This document shows positions 39,955-52,436 of a DNA stretch of 64,000 bases, piece by piece; within the stretch, counting starts at the first letter, position 1, and each line of letters begins with the position of its first letter. This stretch comes from Vicugna vicugna (taxonomy: Eukaryota), in NCBI GenBank assembly GCA_013265495.1, contig MU058423.1, positions 9,533,627 through 9,597,626 on the forward strand. Reading direction: 5' to 3'. Below the pieces are notes generated by a model that worked only from the letters and a program-made list of their open reading frames with translations, was not told the origin of the DNA and ran no database searches. A program made the position numbers and the translations under genes.

Positions 39955-41211
39955 CCTTTCTTTTTTTTTGGTTAAAATATAATTGACTTCTAAGACTATG
40001 TTAGCTGTAGGTGCACAGCATAGTGATTCAATGTTTCTATATATTGCAAAGTGGCCACTGCCGTAAGTCTAGTCACCATTTGTCACCATACAAAGATGCT
40101 ATGTTGTTACTGACTGTATTCCCCGTGGTTTACGTGTCATCCCTGGGACCCATTTATTTTGCAGTTGAAAGCTTGTACTTCTTAATTTCCCTCACCTCCT
40201 TGTCCTCTCTCCTCCTCCTTCTTCCCTCTGGAAACCACTTGTTTGTTCTCTATATCTATGATTCTGTTTCTGTTCTGTTTGTTTGTTTGTTTGTTTCATT
40301 CCAGGTATAAGTGATATCATATGCTATTTGTCTTTCTCTGACTTACTTCACTTTGCATAATATCGTCTAGATGCATCAATGTTATCACAACTTTATCCAT
40401 TCATCTATTGTTTCCATATCTTGCCTCTTATATATAATGCTGCAATGAACATGTAGCGTGTATGTCTTTTCAAAATAGTGTTTTTGTACTCTTTGAGGAA
40501 AAAGCCCAGAAGTGGAATTGCTGGATTATATGATAGTTTTATTTTTAATTTTTGAGGAACCTCCATACTGTTTTCCATAGTGGCTGCACCAGTTGACATT
40601 CCCACCAACAGTGCACAAGGTTCCCTTTTCTCCACACCCTTTCCAGCATTAGTTAGTTGTTGTCTTTTTGGTGGTAGCTATTCCGACAGTTGTGAGGTGA
40701 TATTTCATTGTGGTTTTTATTTGCATTTCCCTGCTGATTAGTGATGTTGAGCATCTTTTCATGCATCTGTTGGCCATCTGTATTTCTTCTTCAGAAAAAT
40801 ATTTGTTAAGGTCTTCTGCCCATTTTTCAATTAGGTTGTTTATTTTTTGATGTTGAGTTGTATGAGTTTTTTTGCATATTTTGAATATTAATCACTTATT
40901 GGCTATATCATTTGAAAATATCTCCTCCCATTTTTAGACTGCCTTTTTGTTTTGTTGATAGTTTCCTTCACTGTAAAAAAGCTTTTTAGTTTGATGTAGT
41001 CCCATTTGTTTATTTTTCTTTTGTTTCCCTTGCCTGAGGAGACATAACCAAAAAATATTGCTAAGGTCAATGTCAAAGAGCATTCTTCTAAGAGTTTTAT
41101 GGTTTTGGGTCTTATATTCAGGTCTTTAATTCGTTTTGTGTTTATTTTTGTATACGGTGAGAGAAAGTGCTCCACTTGATTATTTTTGATGTAGCTGTCC
41201 GGTTTTACCAA
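39955..41211 (-). mobile_element. 5'-truncated L1 (3' UTR plus ORF2 C-terminus; L1MA-like)
   Basis: ORF 40405-40635 (MEKREP...ENSMEVPQKLKIKLSYNPAIPLLG...MFIAALY...KIWKQ) and ORF 40903-41211 (LSPYTKINTKRIKDLNIRPKTIKLLEE...KINKWDYIKLKSF) are L1 ORF2 C-terminal sequence; polyT tail at ~39960. Confidence 0.95.
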
Positions 41212-43069
41212 CTCTCAAATGTGACCTTCACCTTCCCATAACAAGGGCTTTCCATAAGTTCCATGGCAGAAGAGAGAGATTAGAAATTGAGTAGGGGATT
41301 CTGCTGCCTCATACTGGGCTGGCACAGGTTTTGGCTGCTCACATTTCATTGTCTGTAGGTAATCACAGGGTTCTGTCTGTCGAGAGTGGTGCTGGCAATG
41401 TTAGTCTTCCATGCACTCAGGAAAGAAGAGGCAACATTGGTGAGCAGTTTAGCACTGGGATTGTATCACAGTCATCTTTATATCTCCAGTCCTTGGCACA
41501 GAGTTTGATAATAAACATCCAATAAATGTTTCATAAGTTGAATCTTAAACTAGTCAAAACTTGAGTCATTTTACAGATGGAAAAGCTGAAGCCCCCAAAG
41601 GAAAGTAACTTTCCCCAAATTACTCAAGTGGATATTTACAGAACTAGAACAAGAATATAAATCTATCGCTCTTTTTACTACACATGCTGTTCATGCAGGA
41701 ATTTGTTCTGGAAGAATTTTATGATTTAATGAGATTGAGCATTATCTCCATTAAGATTGCGAGTTTGTTTCATTGCTTGTTTTGAATTTTTGCTTACACA
41801 GTGACCAGAGATAAGGCATGAACTAAATCAGCAAACTGATTCAAATACAATAGAAAAAACTTAGTATAGATTCTCAGCTGGTTTCCAGGAAACATCAGTA
41901 ACTATTTCTGGGTCCTAAATAGCCCACATATATTTGACTGGTATTGTCTCCTTTGCTACATGGTTTTTAATTGCATATCAAATACTTTTATTAATAGAAA
42001 GAAAAAAGGAGGTTGAAAAGAGAACCACATTCATACATTATCACCTACTCTAACTTTAGTTCTTCACTGTAGGTTCTGGAATAGTAATTCTATGTATTTG
42101 CTTAGCAATTTGGGACCTCTTTTCCCATTTTATCCTGACTAATTTTTAAATCAGTAGGTGGGGATTCTCTCAGTGCTATTTTATCTAAGAAAATATTAAG
42201 ATTCTATGGCTACTCAGTCATCTCTTTGGGGCAATCTTACTTATTTCAACGCCTTGGTGGTCTTACTTACCTGACATCTCAGGGTTCTCCTCAAAACTCC
42301 ATTGAGGTTCTCTCTTAAGATCTACTTCTACATGTGAAATCCCATTTGAATGCTTCTAAAATAAACTCAAGATCTTCCTCCCTGCTCTCAGTATTCCTCA
42401 AACAGATAAACGAACAGTGGCAGAGACTGCTGGCTGTGACATGTGGCTGACTTCTAGTCAATGGTATAGAAATACAAGTTATGGGTGTCCCTCCCAAGTC
42501 TGGCCCATACCATCTTCCTGGCCTACAGCAAACAAACCGACAAACAAAGAAACAAAGCAACAATAACAATAATAGATTTTAAAAAAACCTTCTCTTTAAA
42601 TTTCTACTTGGCTGGAGATGCCTGTGCCAAACTTGGAAGCCGTATGAGCTTCTATCAGCCTGAGTTCTTAAGTGACTATAGGCGAAGACCCCCATCACCC
42701 TCCTGGACTGTTTACAAACCTCAGTTTGCTCATCTATGAAATGAGAATAGCTACTTTATTTCAAGAACTAAATGAGATCATGTAAACAAAGCATTTATTT
42801 TAATGTATGTCTAAAGAAGACCAGTGATGAATTTTAGCTTCATTACCTCCATCCTCCCATGGATATGAGGAAAACAATCCTTTTTCTTGCTTCTTAAGCC
42901 TCTGATTCCATTACCATATTTTCTTCTGTTCTCTACTTGGCAGAGCCAGTGGTGGTTGCGAGACTGAAACTTTGTTAATTTCCTACTGCCAAATCTGCAA
43001 TAGACGTGGATCCAAATCCCATTCCTCTCCTTTCCTCCTGCCCAGTCATGCTCCCGCGATTGATTATTA

Positions 43070-43215
43070 GCCAGTATTTATTGATTAATATGTGCCAGGC
43101 AATATGTGAAGCTCCGCACGGGCTCTGTCCTTCGAGCTCACGAAGTAGGCACTATTTCGGAGACCTGTATTGCAGGTGAAAGAGTTGAGAACAGAAAAAT
43201 TAAGCAGTTTTTCAA
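43070..43215 (-). mobile_element. MIR
   Basis: gtatttattgattaatatgtgccaggca...gaagtaggcactatt...gcaggtgaaagagttgaga. Confidence 0.6.
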
Positions 43216-43249
43216 AAACCAAGCCTGGTAGAGCCTCCATGTGTCTTTA

Positions 43250-44030
43250 ACCTCTCTCACTCTGTTTTCACTTTCTGTCTGCATCTAAGCATGTTTCCAC
43301 CCCCGCGGTCTTGGGAAAAGCCGTTCCCTAAAACGACTGTGCTCTCCTGCATCCTCTTCATTTGCAGTCTCCGCTTCCTCCCCTCTCGCCCTTCGAGAAA
43401 CCTGGCTTGTGTACTTATCACTCTAATGCTCTTCCTCTGATTCTCTAGTAACACATCCAGCGGAGACTGCCTACTTCTTACATCACTCCTCTTCTCTGAA
43501 ATAGTTAGCTGCCTTGACTGCTTCTCTTTCCTGAGACATGCGCTCCTTTCTTGAGCCCCTCTCCCTCTCCACACTACCCTTCTAGCCACTCTTTCCTCGG
43601 TCTAACTTTGGGGATTATTTTTCCTCTTACTGTTTCTTGAATGTTGGTGCTCCTCAGGGTTCTTTACCCTTAATTTTTTTTTTTACTCTAAATATTCTGC
43701 TATTAATATCGTTCATTCCTATGGTGTCAGTTACAAAAAAATATGCCACAGAGTCCTATTTTTATCTAGTCCACCCATTGTTTTTGATTTCTATAACCAT
43801 TGAATCAATTTCTGTTTGACGTTACCAATTTAAATGCTGCAAAAGCACCTCAAACTTAACATTTCTGAAACTGAATTGATAATCTCTCTCTCTCTTTCCT
43901 TCTTGCAGTTTCTCCCCTAAACTTCCCTCCTTCAGCAGTTTGCACATTTGTCCCAGCTGGAAATTGCACATCATCTTTGGATCTGCTCCTTCAGTCATCC
44001 CCTACACCCAGTCAGGTTCTCTGAGTCTTG
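43250..44030 (+). mobile_element. L2 fragments
   Basis: ttgaatgttggtgctcctcagggttct...gcacctcaaacttaacatttctgaaactgaattgat. Confidence 0.7.
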
Positions 44031-45479
44031 TTAATTAACAAGTAATTCCATTTCCTAAATACAATTCAACTGGCTAGGCTTTTATTCATTCATTATTTCC
44101 TGCTATTTGCCATTACCCATGTCTCCTGAGCATTGAGTGCTGCAGCTACATTATTCGCCATTCTTGGAAAAATATTTGTCAGAAAGTTTGCAGCTTTTTG
44201 AGGACCATCTCTCCTCCTAGATTGTGAGAGCTCTGAGGAAAGAAGGTTGTCTTTGTTACAGTGAACTGGACACCTCCTAGACTGAAAATATATTTGCAAG
44301 AAGTCCAGTTCACTGAAAGGCCATTTGCCAAATAGCTGGATTCACCAGATTTACCCAATTCATAAATTTATTCCAAATGGATTTAGTAGGTAAAGCTTGG
44401 TGCCCAATGATGAAATATGGTTTTCTGCCTATTAACTTTTTAATATTGATATATCATCTGAGAATCTGATCCCAAATATCTATAAATGCTTAAGTTTAGA
44501 AAAACAGAATCAGTATTAATTTTAAAAAATTCTCAAAGGAAAAGCTGTTTTCCAACCTCCCCTGTTTTCGCCCTGTTTTATAATAATGAGACCACTTGTC
44601 TACCTCTGAAATATTTTCAGTTATCTTTGAATGTCATTTTCTATTTCAGTAACTTTAAGCATTCTCCTATTTCTCTTGCCATTTCCGCAAATGGCATACC
44701 AGCTTTCCTTTTATATCTCTAGCATTTAAAGTTTAAGATTAAATTAAACTTTAATTAAGATTAAATTTTAAATTTAAACTCACAGGCACTAAAATAAATC
44801 AGAATTTTAAATTAAATTAAATTTTAATTAAACAAAATGTTTAAGTTAAATTTAGAATTAAATTTGAATTTATCTAAAAGAATCAGAATTAGTTAAAAAA
44901 TCACATTTCCATGAAACTAAAAATGCAACTTCTCTCAAGGAACAATTAGGGTATCTTGACTTGGTTGGTAGCAATTTGCAAAATAATTCTTAAAAGCACA
45001 AAAAAACAATGAAAAGAAATGACCACAGTGGACCAAATAAAAAAGATGTTAAAGAAAGATTAAAAAAATAAATTGCTTAAAAATACTATAAATGTTAACA
45101 GATGAATGCTAATAGGGTGGCTCAATACAAAATGACATTTTTAAAAGGAGAAGAAATCAGTATAAACTGAGAGTTCTCATGTGAAAACTAATTTTTTGCT
45201 TACTACATATGAGCTATTTCATCTTCAGTCATCAAATTAAATATTTTTCTTAAAACCTGTAAGATTATCTTTTGTCAAGTCAAGGTATTTATTTGGTTTG
45301 TTGTCAGTGAATCAGCCATTTGGTGAACTAATTTTTTAGTGACTTTGTCTGCTAGTTTGCCGCCAGCAAACTTGCCTATACTCTCGAACTTTCTCTAATT
45401 TTTATAGCTTTCTTGTGTTTATGGAAGTCTCTCTTCCTCCTGAGATTTCCTGGCATCCTTTTTAAGTGACATCTGCTAA

Positions 45480-46890
45480 CATTTTTTACAACCAGGATAC
45501 TTTCAACTTCTCTGGTCAGAGGTTTGTTTCTTTGTTTCCCTCTTTTTCAGGCTCTTCTTCTTCTCCCGGGCCAATATATTCATGTTGTCCTCAAGGCTTA
45601 ATTCTATACTTCTATTTTCTATGTTCTTTCCTCAGGCAATTTCATCTTTGCCATAGCTTCAGGCACTATCTTTGAGCAAATAATTTACCAGTATGTGGCT
45701 CTTGATGTGGCCCAGATCTCTGTGGGCATACCCCCGTGCACTGGATGTCTCAGAAACTCTTCAAACTCAATGTTTCAAGACCAAATGGAGCTGTATGCTC
45801 TCCTTTCCCTGACAACCCCAGCTCTCCAAATCTGATCTTCCTTGGAGGTCCCTATCTTAGAATATAGTACCAACTTTCCTTTCAATTGTATAAACCAGAA
45901 ACCAAAGAGTCATTCATGTCACTCCCTTGTCTTCAGTCTCCAAACCAACCCATCATTGATTCTGCCATGTATTTTTCAAGTGTATTTTCATCATTCCTCT
46001 CCATTGCCACTGTTTTAGCCCAAGCTTCCATCACGCTTGGTTGAAACTACTGTTGTAGTCTGTTACCTCCCTTATGGGATTGTTACAATTAAATTTTATA
46101 CCTTAAATCTTAGAACAGAGGCTGGTACCTAGTAAGCACTCACCAAATGTATGATAATTTAATAGAAGTAAAATATTATTTTGTTCCTTTATCTCCTCTT
46201 TTCTTAAGGTTTATTTTAAAAGATTTAATATATTTCTAATATATTATATCACTGTCCTCTTAAAACTTTTTAATGGCTTCCCATTACTTGTAAAGACCTA
46301 AATTCATAGCATGGCCCACATGATCGTGCGAGTTTGGGCCCCTGAATACCCCTTGGTGCTTCTCTCTCCTTCCTTGGGCTCCAGGCATTGACCTTTTCAG
46401 ACCCTGGAACGGGCCACACCACGGCCCAGTGCAGAGCTTTTTTCGGTGTACTTTCCTGTGCAGGCCTCTTCCCACCTACCCCTATGCCCTTTGCTGTGAA
46501 ACTCCCCTTCCTCTTTTCTTTGTAGTAGACTTTATTTCTCAGAGCAGTTTTAGGGTCATAGTAAAGTTGAGTGGAAAGTACAGAGAGTTCTCGTATTCTC
46601 CTTCACCCTCCACATACACAGCCTTCCCTACTCCCTTCCTCTTTTTAGGCAACTGCCCCCCCGACCCCGTGCTAGATATACTTCATTATTGGCTCTCATA
46701 GAACCATATCCTCTTCTTCAGACACCACGTGGAATTTGTAATTTTTTAATGTGATTTTTTGTTGCTTGTCTTTTTTTCTTCACAAGGCATAAACTCCATG
46801 AGGGCAAAGATTGTGTTTTTAGTGCTTGTAATTTCCTTCCCAAGATCTAATCCAGTGCCTGGCATATAGTAAGAACGTCTTCAGTAAACA
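45480..46890 (+). mobile_element. L2 fragments to 3' end (with a MIR tail and an L1 fragment inserted)
   Basis: tggatgtctcagaaactcttcaaactcaatg...ttttaatggcttcccatt...aaactccatgagggcaaagattgtg...cagtgcctggcatatagtaag. Confidence 0.72.
46518..46632 (-). mobile_element. L1MC-like 3' terminal fragment with 13-bp TSD
   Basis: tagactttatttctcagagcagttttagggtcatagtaaagttgagtggaaagtacagagagttc; TSD CCCTTCCTCTTTT at 46505-46517 and 46633-46645. Confidence 0.82.
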
Positions 46891-47100
46891 GTCATCACTG
46901 TCATTCAGTGTCATCTATCATTCAATCCTGTATACTCGCTGGGTAAAACATAGCTCTATGTAATTACCATTATAGGACTTTGAAAACCTAAAATAAAAAC
47001 AGTAATTTTGCTATTTGTTTCTGCTCGGACTAATTTAGATTCTGAATTTAAAACTATTTTTGTACAGTAGCTCTTAAAAATTAACCACAGATGTTACATT

Positions 47101-47162
47101 AAGTATATATATATATATATAGATGTATATATTAAGTATAGATATATATAGATGGATATAAA
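47101..47162. repeat. (TA)n / TAGA-like low-complexity microsatellite
   Basis: Direct inspection. Confidence 0.85.
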
Positions 47163-49700
47163 AGTATTCTGTAGTGTATTAAGTGTAACAATTCCTTCCT
47201 ACTTTCATTTTTTTCTTGCCTATTTTCAAGCCTGAAGTTTGTTTCTCTCTAAAAATTTGCTTATCTGAACCTGAGAAGCACATACCACCACAAGGGGGCA
47301 GGGATAGACAAATATTCAGTTCTTTTAACTCAGATTTCTGTATCATGAGATTACTTGTTGACAGAGTTAATTTGGGCCATTATTTTTTGGCATGGGTTTC
47401 TTTTTTCATTTGCCATTTAGTTAAAAATATATAAGCACTGTTACCATTTTCATATAGTATACGTCTTAAAGATGAACAGACCTCTACTATGCGAATTGTA
47501 GGCATAAAATAGCTCATTTCTTCACTACATTAAGTAATTTTACAGTTATAAGGATGATATGCCACACATTGGAATAAATTCTTTCCTTAGTAATTTTATA
47601 GTTTTCATTCTTCTGTTTTGTCTTTAGCCTGTACGTACACATGCACACACAAGTGGGTGGAGGGAAAAGATTTCATGGCTTTTTTTTTTTAATACTCATT
47701 TTAGGGAATACTTAGGTATTCATGGCATAGAAATGAGAAACCAAACATTTTGGGGGGAACAGGATTTCACGGTATAGTTTGCTTTGTTGTCCTACCCTTT
47801 GTGCACTAAACACACATCTCTCTTCTTGTTCACTTAGATTAAGAAAAACACATCCTGAGATGTATGTGGCTTTCTCGACAGAATTCTCCTAAACAGTTTA
47901 GGTGGGACTTTATATTAGTGATCTAATTCCATGACTAACTTTGTATTGGTAATTCTGAAATTTAGTTCTCTGTAAACGAAGAGTCCATCAAATTTAGAGG
48001 TGAATTTTAAGAATGCCAAGTTCAATGGTAATGACAAGACAATTTTTAGGTGGACAAATGCCTTGGTTAGGAGAAAGTTTAGAAGAGAAAGAGGGCTTTT
48101 TTTAGAGAAGCTAACAGCAGAAAGAGTAAGTCTCTGATTCAGATTGGGAGCCACCAGAGAGCACATGGGCGGTTTGGATCCGTCACCTGAGTTTGATGCT
48201 TTTCCAGGCTTCGATGCCTGTTTCACTTCAAATCATCAAAGGATCATATAATATAAAGACTTTGGAGTGAATGAAGATTTCCCATGAGTCAGTAATGGAC
48301 ATGACTAAATTGGACATAAAGTATTAGATATTGGTACTCCTCTGAGACACAATCTTTGAAAATATTTAGTTAAACTCAGATTTTTGAGGTGCACGGGCGG
48401 CTGTCGCTGGGCGTGTTGCTCCCACCGGCGGTGCTGACTTACGGCAGCATCCTCAGCTGTAATTTTACGGTTGGGTTCGTTGATGTTATTTTTCTCTCCA
48501 ATAATGCTCTGTGACCTGATTTTATCCTCATTCATTAGACGGCTTATGCAACGTGACCTTCATCTGGCAAGTGTGGGTCAGGGCATTTCCCTGCTGTAAC
48601 TGTGTAGGGAAGTAACTTCTGTAACACCAGGACACGTGCTTCCTTACGGTGAGGAGGACAGAGGCTCGCCTCTGCTTGTTGACTGTGTCACTCTGGATGG
48701 GTACGTACATTTTGCTAAGCACCTAAATCACCTTGTGGAAAATGTATCCTGTATCCTTAGAATTGAAAAGATGACAGCAACTTCCTGGCTGGCCTTTAGA
48801 CTGGGTGACACCAAAGCTTGATTGGGCACTAGCCTGAGTATTAAATGAAAGAGTCTGCTTACTGCGTAAAGAAGGCTGAGTATCTTGATTGAAGAACGGG
48901 GCTTTCCCAATGATTGAAATGAATTAGATGTGAATGATGGGCAGTGTGTCTGTGTCAGGCTAGCCCTGTGCCTTGCTGTCAGATTCTTTTGAAATTAGAA
49001 ATCCAGTATTAGAATTCTCTGATTAAGATGCAAATTCTAAGACATGGTAATATGACCTAACCTGTTTAGAGTTGGGGCTGGGGCTTGTGGAATGGGGCTA
49101 TGGATGGTCACAGGTATCTTTGAGGTCCAGAGGGGAATCTGATGCAAAAGGGGAGACTCTATAAGATTACCAGTCCGTGGAGGTAGTGGGCTAGGAGGCA
49201 GCATGGGAGCCAGCAATGGGATATGAGAAGGAAACTGGAGGTCTGAAAGTGCAGAGGAAATGGTGCATCAGCTTTTAGGGCCAGAGCAGAAGGGGAGCTG
49301 CAGCAAGAACCCAGAAACAGAAACAGGCTTGTCACAAGGTGGTTAGGGAGCAAATTACTTGAATTGCAGCCCACTTAACATTCAAGCAAATGTGCTTCCT
49401 GGAGCTGGAAATTTGTTCTTAAAAGAACAAGTCCTGTAGGACAGAGGCCTTGCCAAAGTCCAGATTGGCTTCAGTGCTGCAGGAACAAACACATTTTACA
49501 AAATCCAAATACTCATCACTGGGGGAAAGCTGAATTCCCAGGAAATGACTATTCTTTACCTGCTCTTTCTAAGCATCGACGTATTAGATGATACGTCACC
49601 TTAGGGAGTTGAATGAAATTTCTGCCAGCATAGCCCAATTGCTGGATGTCTTCTGGAAAAATAAGAAGAAATCCAGCAGAAGAACTATGTCAGAATCAAT

Positions 49701-49745
49701 TTCTCTCTCTCCCTCTCTCTCTCTGTCTCTCCCTCTCGCTCTCTG
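49701..49745. repeat. Imperfect (CT)n
   Basis: Direct inspection. Confidence 0.85.
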
Positions 49746-51894
49746 TATGGGTGACCTTTTATAAAGGAGGATAATAAATCTCCTTTTCCAAAACTTGTCT
49801 CAGCTTTGGCAGAGGAAAGTGAAAATGTTTTGTCCATTAGAGAGGAAGGTTATCAGGGTACCCAACTGTGTAATTTGTTAGAGTCCACTTGACTTAAACT
49901 CCGACTGTCCCCAGCGCACTCTGTTCTGCAGCACATGCGGTATAGGGTCTCCTACAGTTTGTTCCACCTCCCAGTCATTCATGCCCCCTGCCCACCTAGT
50001 AGGGGAAGACAGACTATCTTCAGCCCATGAAAAACACATCCTGGCTTTCATGTGTTATAGGGAACTCTCTTATAACACATATTTATTTTTCTCTTATTTT
50101 ACCGAGAGCACAGTTGGCCATGGGGCTGGATGCGGGGCTGTGATAGGTGGTACAGACAACCAGAAAGGCTGCCCGCCTTGTTGCCCATAAAGAGCAGCTC
50201 ACGTTTCTCTCTCCACATACATAAGAGGTGGTCTGTCAACATGCTCACACACATGTTAGGACTGAGTTAGTCACTCAGTCATTCAAATCCATTCGTTCTT
50301 TCAATAAACACATCTGTTGAGCACATTCTATGGGCAAGAACTGACCTCATGCATTGTCTCCAGACACTATTTTGCATGTTCTTCCCTCCTGTATTTTATT
50401 CTCTTCTTTCTTATTCTAAGCAAATAACTCATTTCTTGCTTCAAGTGTTCTTTTGCAAAGGGAAAGTAGAAACTTTCTGGAAGCAACCTTCATGTTGCTT
50501 TTCTAAAAGATTGTGCTCGCAAAGAGTGGGGAAATAGAGAGAGACAAATACTTTCCCCATGAATGAAGGACGAGGATTTCTTAGACTAAGGAGGAGGAAG
50601 GGCTTGTAAATTATTAGTTTAAACAACGGACATCCCATCAAACTACCATGAAGCTAGCTCTGTCCACACACCTTCATAGGAGTTGACTCTCCCAAGTGAA
50701 TCACCTCCAGAAACCATGAGCCAAATGGATAAATGTGTGCTTGTTGGTCAGAAAGGTCTTTACACGTTTGAATCGTGATTGTGATTGGTTGCTTAGCTTC
50801 TCTGCCCTCTACCTTCTAAGAGCTTTCGTCACAAAACTAGCCAGGTGGCTTCTGGCACAAGTGTTATCGTAAAGCTTGCCACAGATTGGAGAACCCAAGT
50901 AGTTTCCAGCCAGTCCCTTCTTTCTTTCATGCAGGGGCTCAGAGGAGACACAGTGTGTTCACAAAATCATAGCTTTTCTTCAAAGGAAAGGGAAATGGAA
51001 ATAGAACTGATACTTCAGGAAGCAAAGCAGGTGGGTAACCAAGAAGAGATTGTTGGCAGGCTCTCAGGGTGTCCTGGCTCAAACTCCTTGTCAGCTGGTT
51101 AATGAAAGACACTGGGAGAAGCCAGGCATGGGGATCTGGAGATTCTGTGAGGTCTGTGTTCCTGAAACACCTTGTACTTTCCTTAATGACATTGATCTTA
51201 CTCTACCTTGTAGTGTACCTAAGTGGCAAGTTTTCTTCCGAGATGATCAGTATAAACTGCAAATAGCAGGCAGGAAAGAGTTAAAGGGTTTCTATGTGCC
51301 TGACTCCGCCAGCAGCATTTTGGCAGAATTTGATTACAAGGCTGGCTGCAACAGTTGGGGAACATTTGGCTGGGGGACATTTTGAAAAGGAAACAGGAAA
51401 AGACTATGGAGAAGAAAGCTTGTTGTTCTTCTCAGCAATATGGTCTTCCTCGTGGCTTGTCTTCTGGAAATCCTTCCTTCCCGTGTGACACTCGTGGAGC
51501 AAGAGGCCTCAGATTGAGGGTGATGGGTAGTGAGGTGCAGTCTGAGACGGCAGTGGGGGTCTGTCAGACTGCAAACCTGCAGCAGCCTGCATAAGCAAGG
51601 AAGAGACTGGGAGGCTGGACTACTCCCAGACTGCACGAGGTGTGTGTGGGAAGGAGGGAAGAACGGTGTGCTGGTCCTGATGGACGCCAGAAGGTTGGGT
51701 TGCTTGGCTGGGCTGTATCTACTCAGTGGGTGGTTGTAAGGATGAAATGAGATGACACATCAAGGATGCTTGGCGCATCATATATGCTCAGTCAGTGCTG
51801 GCTGTCATCATTACAAGTCAGGCTGGTCAACAAAGTCAGACATGAAATATGACCTATGAGGTCATTTAAACTATGGCCAGTGGGTGAGGGGGCG

Positions 51895-52100
51895 TGCTCA
51901 CATTTATTACGCTCAGGCACTTTGCTAGGCACCTGACACAGGTCATTCCCTTTACTCTTATATCAAATGTACTCAGAGTATAAACATCTCCATGTTACAG
52001 AAGGAGAAATTCAGACTCGGAGAAGTTAGAATAGTTTGTCCAAGGACACACAGTTTGTCAATGGTGGGGCCCGATGTAAAAGTCTCTGATTATGTGCTTC
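51895..52100 (-). mobile_element. MIR
   Basis: catttattacgctcaggcactttgctaggcac...catgttacagaaggagaaatt...tgtccaaggacacacag. Confidence 0.7.
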
Positions 52101-52319
52101 TTCCAAGGGCTTGTTTTTTAGAGTATGTACAAGGCGATGTGGGTTAGAGGGAGGGGAATGAGCAAGGTATAGGTACGAAATTTGGAAGCTAAATAGAGAG
52201 AAACATAAAAATGTGAGCACACGGACCTCTGTTCGGGGCTCCCAGCACACCATGTGCTTGCATGACGGCTTACTCCAGACCGCGCTGTAATTTGTGGATT
52301 TATGTGAATGTTCTCTTCT

Positions 52320-52436
52320 ACAGGGAGGCTGTGCATATCCCCTGAGTTGGGAGATGACTTTCTCTCTAACCTCAGTGCCATGTTCTGTGTGTAGAACATA
52401 GTAGATGCTCGGCTATTTGTTGAATGAATGAATTGA
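52320..52436 (+). mobile_element. L2 3' terminus
   Basis: acatagtagatgctcggctatttgttgaatgaatgaat. Confidence 0.75.
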
